Source: Azolla caroliniana
Lineage: Eukaryota; Plantae; Polypodiophyta
NCBI GenBank assembly: GCA_043228905.1
Contig: JBHGNT010000009.1
Location: 7,998,001 to 8,062,000 of the forward strand
DNA length: 64,000 bases
Direction of reading: 5' to 3'
Below the pieces are notes generated by a model that did no database searches, was not told the DNA's origin, and worked only from the letters and a program-made list of their open reading frames with translations. Of the stretch, positions 47,060 through 60,497 are shown in pieces (the stretch's first letter is position 1; each line of letters begins with the position of its first letter). The position numbers were made by a program, and so were the translations under genes.

Positions 47060-50000
47060 ATGGCTCAAATTAACGACCCGATGTCATCCGCTCAAGCGGA
47101 AGGAACTCAAGGGAATCCTCCTGGACAAATGTCCACTGAGATGTATTTGGCACAAATAACCCAATACCTTAGTTTCACCGCTCAACAGATGACCGAACTT
47201 CGGCAATCTCAGAGTGCTCTTGAGGCACGTGTCATTAGTCTACAACGTGAGACTAATAGACCTGATGAGCGACAAGGTGAACCATCATTTGTCGTTAAGC
47301 CATTTACGGGAGACAAAAAGGAAAGAACCGAAGAAGCAATCTGCACATGGCTTGGACGATGGGAGTCTCATTTTGAGCTCTATCCCACGCCAGATAGTAC
47401 GAAGATTGCATATGTCGGCCGAGAACTCGGGGGTAAGGCCGCCGCCTGGTGGCGTGGCCTCCGTACTATGGGGAAATTGCCTGATACCTGGACAGATTTT
47501 GTCACGGTTTTTAAGGGCCAATTTCTGCAACCTCCCTCTCGAACCGAGGCAGCACAAGCTTTAATGAACCTCTCTAGCAGGAAATTTTCCTCGCTAGAAG
47601 ACTATGTTCACCATGCTAGAACCCAAATCCAAAAATCGGGTCTAGAAGGGGACAATTGGTTGATAGCTTGTTTTGTCAATGGCATCCCCAATTCGGACTA
47701 TCACTGGATAGTGCACGATAAGGATCCAAAATCCTTCGAAGAGGCCGTTGAAATAGTTCTTCGCTATCAACGCACTTCGAAGAAGGACCATAACAAACCC
47801 AACGAAGCGCCCGGGACTAAGCAGTTGCAATTTGTTGGGAAACGCAAGACACCCAACGAATTCCTGGATCGCGATTGTAAGCGACAACATCCTTTTTGTG
47901 TATTCTGCAAAAAGAAGGGTCATACAAAAGATCAATGTCGAAAGCTCCAACGGAAAGAGCACGACAACAAAGCTAAAGCCGCAGACCATAAAGGTCAGAT
48001 TCCTAATGTCCTTCAGGTCTATACACATCATTTAAGTAATTGTCAATGTTCTTTCCCTCACTATGTATTGGGTCCCAATGATTTACTACGTGCAAACGGG
48101 TATATCAATGGATCTCCCGTACAATTTTTATTTGATTCGGGAAGCTCACACAATTTTGTGAATGATCGTTTGGTTCAGATATGGGGAATCCAACCCACCG
48201 TAAGTGATCACACCTACACGGTGCACTTGGCTGATGGAAGAGTACAATACATCAACGGGGCGATTCATTCATTAGGAATTTCTATTGATACTTATATAGA
48301 GGAAGTAGACTTCCATGTAATGAATCTTTGTACCACCGATGTAATACTGGGTTATCCCTGGTTTTATAATAAAAACTCTTCTTTATTTATTGATTGGGTT
48401 CGTCATTCCATTTCTTTTGTACTGAACGATTGTACGCATTTTATTCAATGTGTAAAAAAACAATCCCTCTCGATTGTTTCCTCGTGTCCATCAATATCCG
48501 AGTTGTCTTGTTCTACGTTATTTTATTGTGTACTTGATCCGGACATTCACGTTTACAATATCGATAATGTCCCGATTCAATTAACATATTTTGAACAACA
48601 ACAACTTGATGAAATCTTAAATGATTTTCATGATGTTTTTCCAACTGAACTACCTGATGGGTTACCTCCTAAACGTAATATAGACCATCGTATAGATATT
48701 GTACCTGGTGTTGCACCAATAAGTATACCTCCGTATCGCTTAAGTCGATCCGAAGAAGATGAGGTATCTAAGCAACTCAAGGACTATTTACGAATGGGTT
48801 ATATACGTTATAGTAAATCTCCATGGGGTGCACCAGTTCTCTTGGTTAAAAAGAAAGAGGGCACATGGCGTATGTGTATTAATTACCGACGCTTGAATAA
48901 AGTGACGATCAAGAATTCGTATCCATTGCCCCGGGCTGACGATCTAATTGACCGTCTCCAGGGAGCTCGGTATTTTACGAAACTTGATCTCCGTACTGGC
49001 TACCATCAAATACGAATAAGTGAGGACGATGTTCCTAAAACGGCATTTCGTACGCGCTATGGCCATTACGAGTTTTTGGTTATGCCTTTTGGTTTGACCA
49101 ATGCTCCGGCTACTTTTCAACAAGAAATGAATGACATTTTCCGAGAACAACTTGGAAAATTTGTCGTTATTTTCTTGGATGATATTTTAGTTTATAGCCG
49201 TACATTACAAGAACATGCTAGACATGTCCGCTTTGTTTTACAAACATTGCGTGACAAACAGTTTTATGCGAAGATCTCAAAATGTGAGTTCTTCAAGAAA
49301 TCAATTACTTATCTAGGACATCTCATAACCGAACGAGGAGTTGAAATTGATCCTTCTCGCATTGAGAAAATCATGCTTTGGCCCACTCTTCGGAATATTC
49401 GAGAAGTTCGATCATTCCTTGGTTTTGTGGGGTTTTTGCGAAAGTCTCTTCGTAATTACTCCCAATTGACGACGCCATTTACTGATCTTTTAAAAGGTCA
49501 AACGCGTAAGTCTACAAAACCTATTGTGTGGAATGCTACACTAGACCTTGCCTTTAAGGAACTCAAGGACCTGGTTTGCAAGGCTCCTTCACTTCTTTTA
49601 CCTGATCCCTCAAAACCTTTTGAGGTTGAAACCGATGCAAGCGATTATGCTATAGGTGCTGTCTTGTATCAAGATGGTAAACCAATAGCATTCGAGAGTA
49701 AGAAACTTGATTCTGCTCAATGTCGGTATACCGTTCAAGAAAAGGAATTATTTGCAGTTATACATGCGCTCAAAACATGGCGCCATTATCTTTATGGAAA
49801 TCACTTTGTGGTAACTACGGACCACGAGTCCTTGAAATATTTTTGTGACCAACAAGACCTGAAAGGTCGTAAGGCACGATGGGCTGATCTCATCCAGGAC
49901 TTTGATTTTTCCATACGATATCGTAAAGGTTCCATGAACACTGTCGCTGATGCACTAAGTCGCATCCGTGAAGTTAACACGCTTAGCTTCACTGAAATAT

Positions 50001-51493
50001 CATCAGATCTTTATGATCACCTTCGAGGAAAGTATCCTGATGACAGTTATTTCGCAAAATACTGGGCTAGAGTTGAGTCTGGAACAGACACCACCACATC
50101 CTTGAAGGAATACTTCCACATTGCTAACGGTTTGCTCTACCGTAATGGGAAGGTTTGTGTTCCAGATTTACCCGAGGTCAAAAAGAGGATTCTTTTTGAA
50201 TGCCATGATGCACCCTCAGCAGGGCACCCTGGAATACATCGTACACTCGTTCTCATCTCCACTCAATTTTATTGGCCTAAGATGCGTCCTGACATACATA
50301 GCTATGTGACTAAATGTCACCAGTGTCAGGTTAACAAAGCCGAGCGACTTAAAGCCGCAGGACTTTTACATCCCTTGGACATTCCCAATAATAAGTGGGA
50401 AAGTATATCCATGGATTTTATTGTTAGCCTTCCTCGCACCCAAAAAGGTCATGATGCCATCTGGGTTGTCGTTGATCGACTAACTAAAATGGCCAGATTT
50501 ATTGCTACTAAAACCACGGTAACAGCTCTTGAATTGGCTTACCAATTCGTTGACGAATTGTTTCGTTTTTATGGGTTACCGATGGATATCGTGAGTGATC
50601 GAGATCCAAAGTTTACTAGTGACTTCTGGACACAAGTCTTTAAGAAGTTAGAAACTACGTTGAGCATGAGCTCCACGGATCATCCTCAATCCGATGGACA
50701 GACAGAACGAGTAAATCAAATTATTGAGGACATGCTTCGAGCATACGTTGGTGCAAAACCAACAAAATGGGAACGTTATCTCCCAATTTTGGAGTTTGCT
50801 TATAACAGCTCCAAGCATACGTCGACGGGATATAGTCCTTTTATGTTGATGTATGGTTTTCAGCCACGAGCCCCGATTGATGTTACTATACATCATGATG
50901 AGTTGCGAAGTACGCAAAACTTTCTTCGGGATATGCAAGATATGTTGCATATTGCACGAGATAATATAAAAACAGCTCAAGATAGAGCGCGTTTTTATGC
51001 CGATCATCATAGGCAACCTCGTGTATTCAACCCTGGACAGAAGGTATTTTTACGTGTACCTCACAATTCTAAGACATTGTCTACGGGTAAGTGCGCTAAG
51101 TTAGCCCCACGGTTTTGTGGACCTTTTACAGTCCTCAAACGCATTGGGTCATCAGCCTATCGTCTCGCTCTTCCCGATGGTGTCGGAATTCATCCAGTCT
51201 TTCATGTGAGTCGTCTAAAAGAACTTCTAGGTTCTGGCGACAATACAGTTACGACTGAAACTCTGGTTACTTCTGAAGAATTATCTTCTAAACCACATGT
51301 ACCAGAAAGAATTCTCGATGTTAAAACAAAAAAATTACGTACTAAAGAAATCCGAGAATTTAAAATAAAATGGATGGATAAATCAATAAAAGATGCCACA
51401 TGGGAACGCGAAAATACTCTTAGAACTAACTTCCCTAACTTTCCATTGCAAGAGTGCAATGTTTTAAAGAGGGGGAGTATGTTACGAGCATGA
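47060..51493 (+). CDS. gag-pol polyprotein (gag, CCHC, PR, RT, RNaseH, IN, chromodomain-like), 1477 aa
   Basis: [86 protein letters not shown]...KW...DATWE. The stop codon lies inside the 3' LTR. Confidence 0.97.
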   Translation: MAQINDPMSSAQAEGTQGNPPGQMSTEMYLAQITQYLSFTAQQMTELRQSQSALEARVISLQRETNRPDERQGEPSFVVKPFTGDKKERTEEAICTWLGRWESHFELYPTPDSTKIAYVGRELGGKAAAWWRGLRTMGKLPDTWTDFVTVFKGQFLQPPSRTEAAQALMNLSSRKFSSLEDYVHHARTQIQKSGLEGDNWLIACFVNGIPNSDYHWIVHDKDPKSFEEAVEIVLRYQRTSKKDHNKPNEAPGTKQLQFVGKRKTPNEFLDRDCKRQHPFCVFCKKKGHTKDQCRKLQRKEHDNKAKAADHKGQIPNVLQVYTHHLSNCQCSFPHYVLGPNDLLRANGYINGSPVQFLFDSGSSHNFVNDRLVQIWGIQPTVSDHTYTVHLADGRVQYINGAIHSLGISIDTYIEEVDFHVMNLCTTDVILGYPWFYNKNSSLFIDWVRHSISFVLNDCTHFIQCVKKQSLSIVSSCPSISELSCSTLFYCVLDPDIHVYNIDNVPIQLTYFEQQQLDEILNDFHDVFPTELPDGLPPKRNIDHRIDIVPGVAPISIPPYRLSRSEEDEVSKQLKDYLRMGYIRYSKSPWGAPVLLVKKKEGTWRMCINYRRLNKVTIKNSYPLPRADDLIDRLQGARYFTKLDLRTGYHQIRISEDDVPKTAFRTRYGHYEFLVMPFGLTNAPATFQQEMNDIFREQLGKFVVIFLDDILVYSRTLQEHARHVRFVLQTLRDKQFYAKISKCEFFKKSITYLGHLITERGVEIDPSRIEKIMLWPTLRNIREVRSFLGFVGFLRKSLRNYSQLTTPFTDLLKGQTRKSTKPIVWNATLDLAFKELKDLVCKAPSLLLPDPSKPFEVETDASDYAIGAVLYQDGKPIAFESKKLDSAQCRYTVQEKELFAVIHALKTWRHYLYGNHFVVTTDHESLKYFCDQQDLKGRKARWADLIQDFDFSIRYRKGSMNTVADALSRIREVNTLSFTEISSDLYDHLRGKYPDDSYFAKYWARVESGTDTTTSLKEYFHIANGLLYRNGKVCVPDLPEVKKRILFECHDAPSAGHPGIHRTLVLISTQFYWPKMRPDIHSYVTKCHQCQVNKAERLKAAGLLHPLDIPNNKWESISMDFIVSLPRTQKGHDAIWVVVDRLTKMARFIATKTTVTALELAYQFVDELFRFYGLPMDIVSDRDPKFTSDFWTQVFKKLETTLSMSSTDHPQSDGQTERVNQIIEDMLRAYVGAKPTKWERYLPILEFAYNSSKHTSTGYSPFMLMYGFQPRAPIDVTIHHDELRSTQNFLRDMQDMLHIARDNIKTAQDRARFYADHHRQPRVFNPGQKVFLRVPHNSKTLSTGKCAKLAPRFCGPFTVLKRIGSSAYRLALPDGVGIHPVFHVSRLKELLGSGDNTVTTETLVTSEELSSKPHVPERILDVKTKKLRTKEIREFKIKWMDKSIKDATWERENTLRTNFPNFPLQECNVLKRGSMLRA

Positions 51494-52732
51494 CCATATA
51501 ATATCCCGTGGTAAGAATTTACCGTAGTATTCTATACACGTGGATAAGTGTGAGGGTTAAATGAGAGTGTAAAGAAGGGGAGGATTACTTTTAATCCTCG
51601 GGATTGAGACAACCCGTTAGGTCAAGTGTGAACATGCCTGGGGGCCTTGGGTATCGCTATAAATAAGAGGCCTAGCTACCCTCATTTGATCATCTTTTGA
51701 CTACATCGAGACTCTGCTCGTGTGGTGGGTCAACTCTTGTAGCGAGCGCGCCAGCACCAGGTACGACTCGACGCCACGGCGGTGGTATGGGACGCCGATC
51801 GAGGCTCGAGTCCGTCTCGATCCCTTCGCTCGGGGGTGGTCGGGTGGATCGGCACCCTTCTTTCTCTTTCTCCTTTCTATCTATCTTTTCATTATCCTTA
51901 TCTTAAGCTTACATTAGTACTATGATCTATAATACTCCCAAAATATTTAGGACCTCATTCCCATTGAACCGGCCGACTCGATCGACCACCCTTTCGACGG
52001 CTTGTTGAGCCGCATCTCGCTTCGCCATCTTCCGTCCGGCTTCCATCACGATCTTTGCCATCATCTCCTCGAAGTCAAAGTCTTCTTCCATCCCCATGCT
52101 CCCTTGCCGCCCTTCACGTCGGTTTCACCAAAGATGTCGCATTGTTACGCGCGTGCGTGTAGAAGGGCGGGACCACGGGGGTCTTGGACTAGGGAGTGGA
52201 GGAGAAAGATTAGCTCAAGAGGAGAAGAGAACGAATATGACATTATGATAGAAGAAGAAGAAGCAATCAAGATACTCAGCAAGAAGTTCTATTAAGAAAT
52301 GAATGATTACAACAATGGTGGCCGCCATGGCCGCACCAAACGACTATATGAAAAACCCTAAAAGAAAACCCAAGAAGAAAACCCTAACCAAAACCCTAAC
52401 ACTAAAACGAAATGGGAAGGAGAACCCTCGACTAAGTGGTATACCTTACACAAAATAGGCAACCCCTCATAAGTGACCCCTCCCTTCCTTTTATAGCCTA
52501 AGGAGGGAGGGACCTTACAATGTGGGATAAATTTTCCCCTCTCTTTCTATACACCATATCCTAGTTTACATGTGCACATGTAGCATACCACCGACTTGCC
52601 CTTCCCACCCCGGTTTCCGCCTATGGACGAAAATCTTCACGACAACGTTCTGTGGCACATTGAGATCAACATCCACACCACCTAGTATGCACAGATAGTG
52701 CATGGGTAAAAAAGTAACCATCATACTTTTAC

Positions 52733-54136
52733 TTGGATTGTATTGTGGAGTTTACGTCGTATGAGTCGTTGCTCTGCTTCAGAAACCTTCAACTACAACT
52801 CGGAGATTTTACCAGCTTGATCACAATCCACCTTCTTATGCATGGAAACCGATAGTTCAAGGGTCTATTGAATACCAAGAATAACAGGCATAACAAAAGA
52901 CTGTTATTCATTAGAGCACCATCCAATCTAAGCAAAGAAGATACAATCTTATGACCTCGCATTTCATGTTTGCAACATCAACTTGTTGACATAACCTTTT
53001 AATTTGCTCTGTCTGAACCCTATAACCATCCTGAAATAAATTTAGACATGTTAGAGAATTCAAAAACCAATTTGAAATGTCAATCAAATAAGAAGCCTAC
53101 AACCATCTTGTATACCTCTAATGCAATGGCTTTGTTGGTCCAGTAATCATATGGAAATAGAGAGTCCAGTAATCATTATGTTGTCCTAGATAATATATAT
53201 CAAAGTATCCACTTCCACATGAGATCATTTGAGTTCAATTGACAAAACCCTCCCTCCTTGACAATAGAAGCATAATTTGTTCCATCACTTCAAAATAATC
53301 ACCGATACCACTAAACTCTTACATATTGCTTATGATTCAGTGAGTTCTTGCATTTTAGTCCAAACTTTGTTATTGGCCAGCTCTCACAAATGTGAAAAAA
53401 AGGTCAAGGAAGAAGAATGGTATTAAAAAGGAAAACAAATATACAAAAGCTAAACATGTGGATATTGATAGTTATGTGATCAATTTAGGAAACTAGCATA
53501 CATATTATTTTTCATTCACTGCAAAATGAGCAACTATGCAAGATAATTAATCCTTAGCAACCTCATGATAATAAAAACTATGGTGGCTAACCATGAGACA
53601 ATCTATTAAGAATGTCATGCTCTTGCAATAATCGAAAGATGCATCCTTTTCCTTCTCCTTGCAATGAAGAAAGCTACCTCACTAAAATGGAAACATGGTG
53701 AGAAATGATTTCCATGATCAGGTGTTGGTATGACACATATGCCTTATATCCTTGTACACACAGTCTTTGTTTTCATCGGCATTCCTCCGCTTTCCCAAGC
53801 TGACCCCTCAAGTCATTGTCAATGGAGGTATGAAGCTATGGAAGAAACCATGTGCAACTGCCATTGCTTCCCACATGATAATACAAGTTTCCTTTCATTT
53901 ACTCATCTAGGTCTCACGCATAACCCATTCACAATTGATATTTTTCCAATCAATCTTATCGTATTTATTTAAGGACTTTTAGAAAAATATATTATATAAA
54001 AAAAACAAAGAATGGTGGCCCAAACCTATAATATATCCATCATACATCTTGAATGTCCAATAGAAATCAATCCTCTTGCACACAATGTTTATGATTTTGT
54101 ATATTATTTGTGTGCAACAGAAATTTTCCAATAAAA

Positions 54137-54192
<56 letters not shown>

Positions 54193-54249
54193 CCTACATT
54201 AACATGTTTTGCGCAAAGGTATGAGAGAACACAAATGGATGCACAAAGA

Positions 54250-54287
<38 letters not shown>

Positions 54288-55130
54288 CCTTAGAGCAACG
54301 AGCTGGAGATGTTGCACAATTGGTAAGCAACGAGCAACGACAAGAAGGAAATCATATGACATGAGCAAGTGAGTGTCTATAAGCAGCGAGCTTCAAGAAG
54401 GGAGCAAGGAGAAGTGATCTGCGAGGAGCGAGGAGTGAGCGACAAGCACAGAGCAAGGAGTGACTCATGAGAAGCGAGTAGAAGAAAATTAGATGATTGA
54501 TAGACACTGTTACGCTCAAAGGGGGAAAAGAGAGGGGGAAAAGAGGGAATTCAATCAACATAAAAACTTTTTACTTTTCCTTCCTTTTTTTTACAAAACT
54601 ATATAAATAGCCGGTTCAAAAAATATGAACAAGCTAGTTAAGCGTACATTATCACCATCAATGTTTTACACTTATGCATAGAGTGGCATACAAAACCTCC
54701 TAGAGAATACCTCACAAAGCTAGTTAGGCATAAGTGACCAACATTCCTTCCTGTTTTCACACTTATTCACATAACGACATACCTAACCTCCAAGAGGATA
54801 CCTAACAAGCTAGTCGGGCATAGATTATCAACATTCTTATTTATTAGTTACACACATAGTGACATATCTAATCTGCTAAAGCTTGCTATTGTAATCCTGC
54901 AAACTACTGTTGTCTTGTGACAGACTCTTATTGATGTCTTGCAAGCTTTTGACCTATTATGAGGATCCAAGTACCATGAAAATGAAAATATATCGTGATG
55001 AAGTTCCTTCCAAACTGAGTAGACAAAGTTATAATCAGTTAAATCTATCTTCACTTTATCCAACTCCTCAGAATGTTTTTGGCAACCCTTCTTAGATTTC
55101 TGAAGCACCTCGATGTTGTTAGGAGTCTAT
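52733..55130 (-). pseudogene. kinesin-14 (ATK/KIN-14C-like) coiled-coil/neck pseudogene fragment
   Basis: Spliced remnants: ..HSEELDKVK (~55030-55110); VKSLQDINKSLSQDNSSLQDYNSKL* (from 54953); ..TKAIALE (ends 53116); DGYRVQTEQIKRLCQQVDVANMKCE (53030-52956); TLELSVS...KISEL*LKVSEAEQRLIRRKLHNTIQ (52864-52733). These resemble the plant kinesin-14 segment leading to RKKLHNTI.ELKGNIRV. Contains stops; no motor domain. Confidence 0.7.
54628..54872. repeat. ~88-bp degenerate tandem repeat, about 3 copies
   Basis: Recurring AAGCTAGT...CACTTAT...CATAC..AACCTCC.AGAG.ATACCT unit. Confidence 0.7.
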
Positions 55131-55234
55131 TACTAATCAATAGATCAAACAAAAGTAAAAGAAGGAAAATAGAATGGAAAGAAGAACACGTTCCACCAGA
55201 CCACCCCGAGCTATGATCTAGACATAGCCAACCT

Positions 55235-55960
55235 ACCTTGGAATGTGTCTATGGAATAGTTTGTAAATATTAGATTGTTTTCTTTACTTTGGATTACATA
55301 GATGTGTTTCCTCGGGCATTGTCTTACACAAGACGGGCTTGGGCAAAAAAGACATTGTATCTTGTAGCTGTTGTGACCTTATTTTATATAACTAACGGAA
55401 TGATATTTTGTTTTGACAAAAACATGTTTGTGTGTGACTGGCGTTAGAATGTACTCCAGTTCAACAATGGTAGGTCGAATCACACACTTTTCCATTATTT
55501 AGTAGATTGAGATAGGAAACACCCTAGCACTTAATGATTTCTTTGGAATTTGTTGTCTATGGATATGGATACCTTGGAATGTGTCTATGGAATAGCTCAT
55601 AATTACTAGATTGTTTTCTTTACCTTGAAGTACATAGATTTGTTTCCTCGACCATTGTCTTACACAAGACGGGCTTGGGGAAAGAAGACTTTGTATGTTG
55701 TAGTTGTTGTGACCTTTCTTTTTATAACTAACGGAATGATATTTTGTTTTGAACAAAACATGTTTGTGTCTGACTAGCTTTCGAATGTACTCCAGTTCAA
55801 CAATGGTAGTTCGAATCACACACTTTTCCATGATTCAGAAGATTGAGATAGGAAACATCCGAGCACTTTATGATTTCTTTGGAATTTGTTGTCTATGGAT
55901 ATAGATACCTTGGAATGTCTCTATGGAATAGCTTGTAATTACTAGATTGTTTTCTTTATA
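55235..55960. repeat. 336-bp tandem repeat (~2.2 copies)
   Basis: ACCTTGGAATGTSTCTATGGAATAG recurs at 55235, 55571 and 55907. The third copy is cut by the LINE. Confidence 0.88.
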
Positions 55961-57739
55961 TGATGATGATATTGTGAAGATTTTTGACTCTCCGGAGGGA
56001 CTACAAAGACATCTAAATGCTTTAAAACTATTTTGTACGGACAAAGGTTTGTCAATCAACATGAATAAAACTACAGTGATGGTATTTAACACAACCCAAG
56101 CATGGGTAACAAGATCAGAACCATAATTCTTCTTGGGGAGAGGAAAAGGTGGAATACACACGCTCCTACACATACCTAGGAGTAACATTTACAGGACCTA
56201 GGTTCTCCTTACAAGAGGGCGCTTGTGCCCGACTTTCTCATGCATATGCAACCCTTGGTGCTCTGCAGAGACAATGTGCACATTTGCAGTTCCAAGAGCC
56301 ACGGACTAAGTTATGGTTATTTGATACACTTGTCACACCAACTCTTCTCTATGGAGTAGAGACATGGGGACCGAGTCTTAACAAGGCAAATCATTGGAAA
56401 GATTTAGAGAGACCTTTAGTGTCAATGATTGCTCGCATGATAAGGAGCAAAGCATCGGTGCCCCACAATATAATCCGGGCAGAGATATGAGAAGCACCTA
56501 TAATAACCGAGGTGTTGTTCCAATCAGTGACATTTGTCCAACATCTTTGGGAGCTCCCTAAACGAAGGTACCCAAGGTTGGCACTTATGTCATCAAAACA
56601 ACTGGCTAAAAATGGAGACACTCATTGTTGGTATGCTGAAATGTAATAATGGTTCGAGTCACATGGCATGAGTATAAATGCCCTACCCCTGTTCCAATAT
56701 AGCTTGGACTGTCCCCATCTAAATATGACCAAAGTGGAAAAGAATAGAGTGATCCGAACTAATATTATTAACTTGGAAAACAAGATAACCTGGATCAACC
56801 CCAAAATACCACTTGGTACATAGATGGCCAACTATAAGACACACTTCTTACATACATCGGAGGATGGATTTGTCATCAGGCCACCTTATATGGACATACA
56901 TCTATCCTATGCGCTGCGTAGTGTGATAGGGCAGATGCGAACTTCATCACATTAGCTATAGATTGAGGTAGGCAGATATACACGACTACCTCTAGAAGAG
57001 AGAATTTGCCAATTGTGTCATCAAGGAGTGGAATCTCAAGAGCACTATGTTTGTCATTGTAGTGTCTTTTATGAATTCAGAGGGAGATACCATTGCCTCT
57101 TTAAACAAGGCTTTGGCCCACTACGCAAGGTAATGGAATATGAGGACCAACGATGCCTAGGACTTTTCTTGCTAGAGCTCAAGAGAGATCGGGAAAAGTT
57201 GTTAAAGAATACAACCACACAAGCTCATCCACAAAGAACAATCACAACTTTCTTTAGCCCCATCACTCCTAATGCTAGAAGTCAACCCCGGGATACACAA
57301 ATGGGCTTTAGACCGGGACATAACAAGGGGTTACAATTGATCGTGAAATGGAAATTTGCCATGCACGTAGGCCTCGACGCCATGGACCACTACCTCGACA
57401 CCCTTGTCATCGACAGATAAAAGCCATTATCTCCCGCCATCGTAGGTGCTTCCCTTGCTTCGGAAACATTTCCATTTTGGATCGACCTATGCTAGAGATC
57501 TTTCAAAGACAAAAGCTACAATATACCTAACTTGAGGATCTCACATGTGCCAAAAACCAGATTCCCTCATTTCTTTTCTTTTCATGTTATTTACTTTTAT
57601 ATTTACTGTGTAATATTTATTTTATTTTGATTTGTTCTCAAAGACGAGACAACACTTTAGATGTAATCTCTTATTTGGTCTTATAGGCCATTTTGGCCTC
57701 GTAAAAGACGTTAATATATCTTTCTTTCTTTCTTTCTTT
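55957..57739 (+). mobile_element. 5'-truncated LINE, same family as 20293-22451
   Basis: Begins at the Y(A/D)DDI motif and is near-identical to ~20698-22451. (TTTC)n tail at ~57719-57739. Several stops. Confidence 0.92.
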
Positions 57740-58905
57740 ATCAGAGTGCACAGGACAACAACTGTGTTTCATCGTGTAGTGGAGATTCTGCTGGTATGCA
57801 ACCTACAACTGCATTGCATGCATGAATGCGGTATAAAATCTCTAGCTGAAACTTATGGTACATTGATATATTTGTGATGGCAGAACTTCTCAAATCCTTT
57901 GGAAAACTTGACCTTGATAAAGATAAGAAATCTATCATTAACCAAATAAAAGGTATGGTTGATGGTGACTGCATTCTCTGTCCATATCCGAGGTTTAGAA
58001 AGACATTTATTTAAAATTTGAATTGTTGCTTGATGCACATTGCAGATGGAGTAGATGAAAGAAAATTAACAATAGAGCTGTGTAAAGCTTATCTTTGTGA
58101 AAATGGGCTTCGACTTACTGGAACAAAAAGTGTTCTCTTAGAACGGATTAAAGAGCATATTTAGTGGGTATATTGTTATTTTGTGTCTCATTTTGCTACT
58201 GGGATCTTTGCTGAATATTTCTGGAAATGAATGCATTATGAGAATTCAAGATAACAATGGCCTTTTGAAGTACCTAGAAGCCACATTCACAATAAATTGC
58301 CAAGGTATGAATTTGGCTCACCTCGTAGAAAGAAAGAAAGGGCCTATGAGACATATCAAAGATAACAACTAATTATTGTAACTCATCATAGAAAGACAAC
58401 ATATATGATACATGCGCTTTGAGTGTGGGGAGCTGCCTTCAACCTGAACTAATCCTATTCTTTCTTATCCTCTTAAGTCTAACTTAAGATCTTATAAAAG
58501 TGTTCTAAATATGGCTTTTAAAGACAGCCTCTCTCATATTTTTGTTTTCTCCATTCAAGTGGCCATTCTCAACATTCGGTGTCTTTTATGAGGTGTGTAT
58601 TATTACTTATTTAACAGTTTGTATGGGCCATGCACATGCCTGCATGGATGCATACATTACTGTGTATATGGATATTTGGAAATAAAACATGAATTTTGGG
58701 ATCTGCATTGGATGATAAGTTAAGAGCCACAAAATTCTCCATTTTGGAGTTCAAAAGATGTTGTGAAAGAATTTATATTTTTCTGCTTTAGGTGATGCAT
58801 GTGTTGGTGATGTTGTGTTATTCAAACAAAGGGTTTATGATATGTGAGTATCGTGACATGTGATTCAAGGGACTATTGGCTAGAATATGTTGTGCCAACA
58901 TAAAC

Positions 58906-58954
<49 letters not shown>

Positions 58955-59437
58955 AATTTCAATGTTGGTGGAAGGTGCTCATCAGGACCACTAGTAGGTT
59001 TAAGAACAATTGTTGGAAGAATAATTAAAGAGAGTTATGGCTCTGCAAAGCAACAACACACTTTCACTGAAGGAAAACATAAAAATATGAATATATTCAT
59101 ACACAAGAAATCTTCATATCTCAAAATGAATTTTGATAGATTGAAGTTTTGTGGAGTACTGGTGAACGAGCTTTACCACCACTTCATCCTTTGATCATCA
59201 AAGGGAGAAATCTATATCGTGTGAAACGGCTTCAGCAGGTCAAATCCTTATAAAATGGAAGGATTTTAATCCTCTCCTATACCATTTAAACTTCGGTGGA
59301 CATTTTTAAGTTGTTTCACACTACTGAATTATCATTGATTGCAGCCATGGTCTGATGAGGAGTCAAGGAAGAGACAATTGCAAGAGAAGCACTCTAGAGG
59401 TGCGATTGCTCGTTTGGAACGTAGAATTGAGGGTTGA
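57740..59437 (+). pseudogene. SAP-domain protein (zinc finger CCCH 62-like) pseudogene
   Basis: Exon remnants 58046-58163 (LTIELCKAYLCENGLRLTGTKSVLLERIKEH), 58243-58304, 58792-58843 (GDACVGDVVLFKQRVYD), 58957-59068 (GRIIKESYGSAKQQHTFT), 59140-59238 (IEVLWSTGERALPPLHPLIIKGRNLYR), 59345-59437 (WSDEESRKRQLQEKHSRG). A split codon gives TAA. The acceptor at 58955-56 reads AA and the donor at 59069-70 reads GA. Confidence 0.85.
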
Positions 59438-59449
59438 AGGGAAGCCAAT

Positions 59450-60497
59450 TCATAAAGTGAATACCCTTGCTCTTCTATTCTTTTTCTCTTTTCTTCGACG
59501 AACACCTCGTGGTTGTCGCACATCACTTCCGCGAGTATGGTGTTGTCATCCACCGGATCCGACCATCCGGTTATACTTTGTACACTTCGATCCGCAAGCT
59601 CTACCTCGTTCAAAGTTAATTTTCCCTTCTTCTCATACTCGAGAACGGTAGACCAAAACTTTGTTCCGTTCTAGCAGCTTCATTTTTATCTTTTCCGACT
59701 CTAATTCTAGCCGATGCAGCATAGTGCATCGCATCCACATGAGTCACCTCAGCATCTTCCATAGATTTCTTCATTACCCCTCTTCCGAAATTCACCCGTA
59801 GGGGTCTTCGAGTTTCTGTCAAGCAGATCATGTTGTCATCCATGTATACGATATTTTGTCAAATGGCCTCTCGAAGGCTCGCGCAATCCCTTCTCATGTG
59901 GTCCATGCTATCGCACCACACGCATCTAAAGGGTTCTTTTCCTTTGGGGCCCCGACGATTCATGTTGGCTAGCATGACCATCTCGAACTTCTTCGCTAGC
60001 TCTTCGATGATGTCATCATCAATCTTCTTTTCTTCTAGGTTGCTTTGTTTGGGTGGCTCAGCTACTTTTGGTTGTCTTGTTTTCTCCGCGACAGTCGATC
60101 CCACCAAGTCGGTGTCATCAACCCACTGACGATGCTTGTCGAGCCTCTATATAAGAAAGGTACAAACAGAGACTCGGAGGCAACGACCTCGAGCTCTGTA
60201 TCTTCGCCAGCCAGCGGTTACAACAGAGTATCGCTCTGTATCTCTCTCTATATATATACAACAGTTATTCAAATACAACAATATGACAACAACCTGTCAC
60301 CTCTATATCAAAGTGATTGCCCTAAGTCATATTTATACTTATATGAACTTAGGGCTATTTACAAATATAGCCCAATAGCCTTACTCAAAACATATTCACA
60401 AATATGCATTCACTTCCGGTTCACACAGGGTCCATCTGATCCGGTTTCCAGGTCTCCTCATTCATAACCGGTTTCCGAAGGGACCAATTTCCCAACA
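59450..60497 (-). mobile_element. gypsy remnant D: LTR plus gag C-terminal fragment
   Basis: LTR 60497-60137 (TGTTGGG...CTCGACA on minus), joined to IEELAKKFE...RCVWCDSMDHMRRDC...PLRVNFGRG. Confidence 0.75.

Larger units (their letters stand above)
44917..51934 (+). mobile_element. intact, very young Ty3/gypsy chromovirus
   Basis: 455-bp LTRs at 44917-45371 and 51480-51934 (one difference seen). TSD CTCCC at 44912-44916 and 51935-51939. PBS TGGTATCAGA at 45374. PPT AAAGAGGGGGAG before 51480. Single intact gag-pol. Confidence 0.97.
42701..52644 (-). mobile_element. non-autonomous gypsy-like element C (LTR, PBS, gag N-terminus, GC-rich repetitive ORF), interrupted by the chromovirus
   Basis: LTR 52644-52135 (TGTCGTGAAG...GCGACA, same start as the element B LTR). 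PBS-like TGGTGAAACCGACG from 52130. The gag from ATG 52097 (GRFNGNEV..Y..EM) rejoins ORF 44691..44897 in frame once 44917-51934 and one TSD are removed. No 3' LTR; it ends near a (GA)n run. Confidence 0.75.

Noticed and set aside
53979-54372. ORFs with ERERER/IYIYIY/LSLSLS runs (also 30721-31027 and the start of 58907)
   Set aside because: Microsatellite translations.
58955-58990. hammerhead ribozyme cores (CTGATGA...GAAA), here and at ~8915-8940 on the minus strand
   Set aside because: Stem II does not pair, and both lie in exon sequence.
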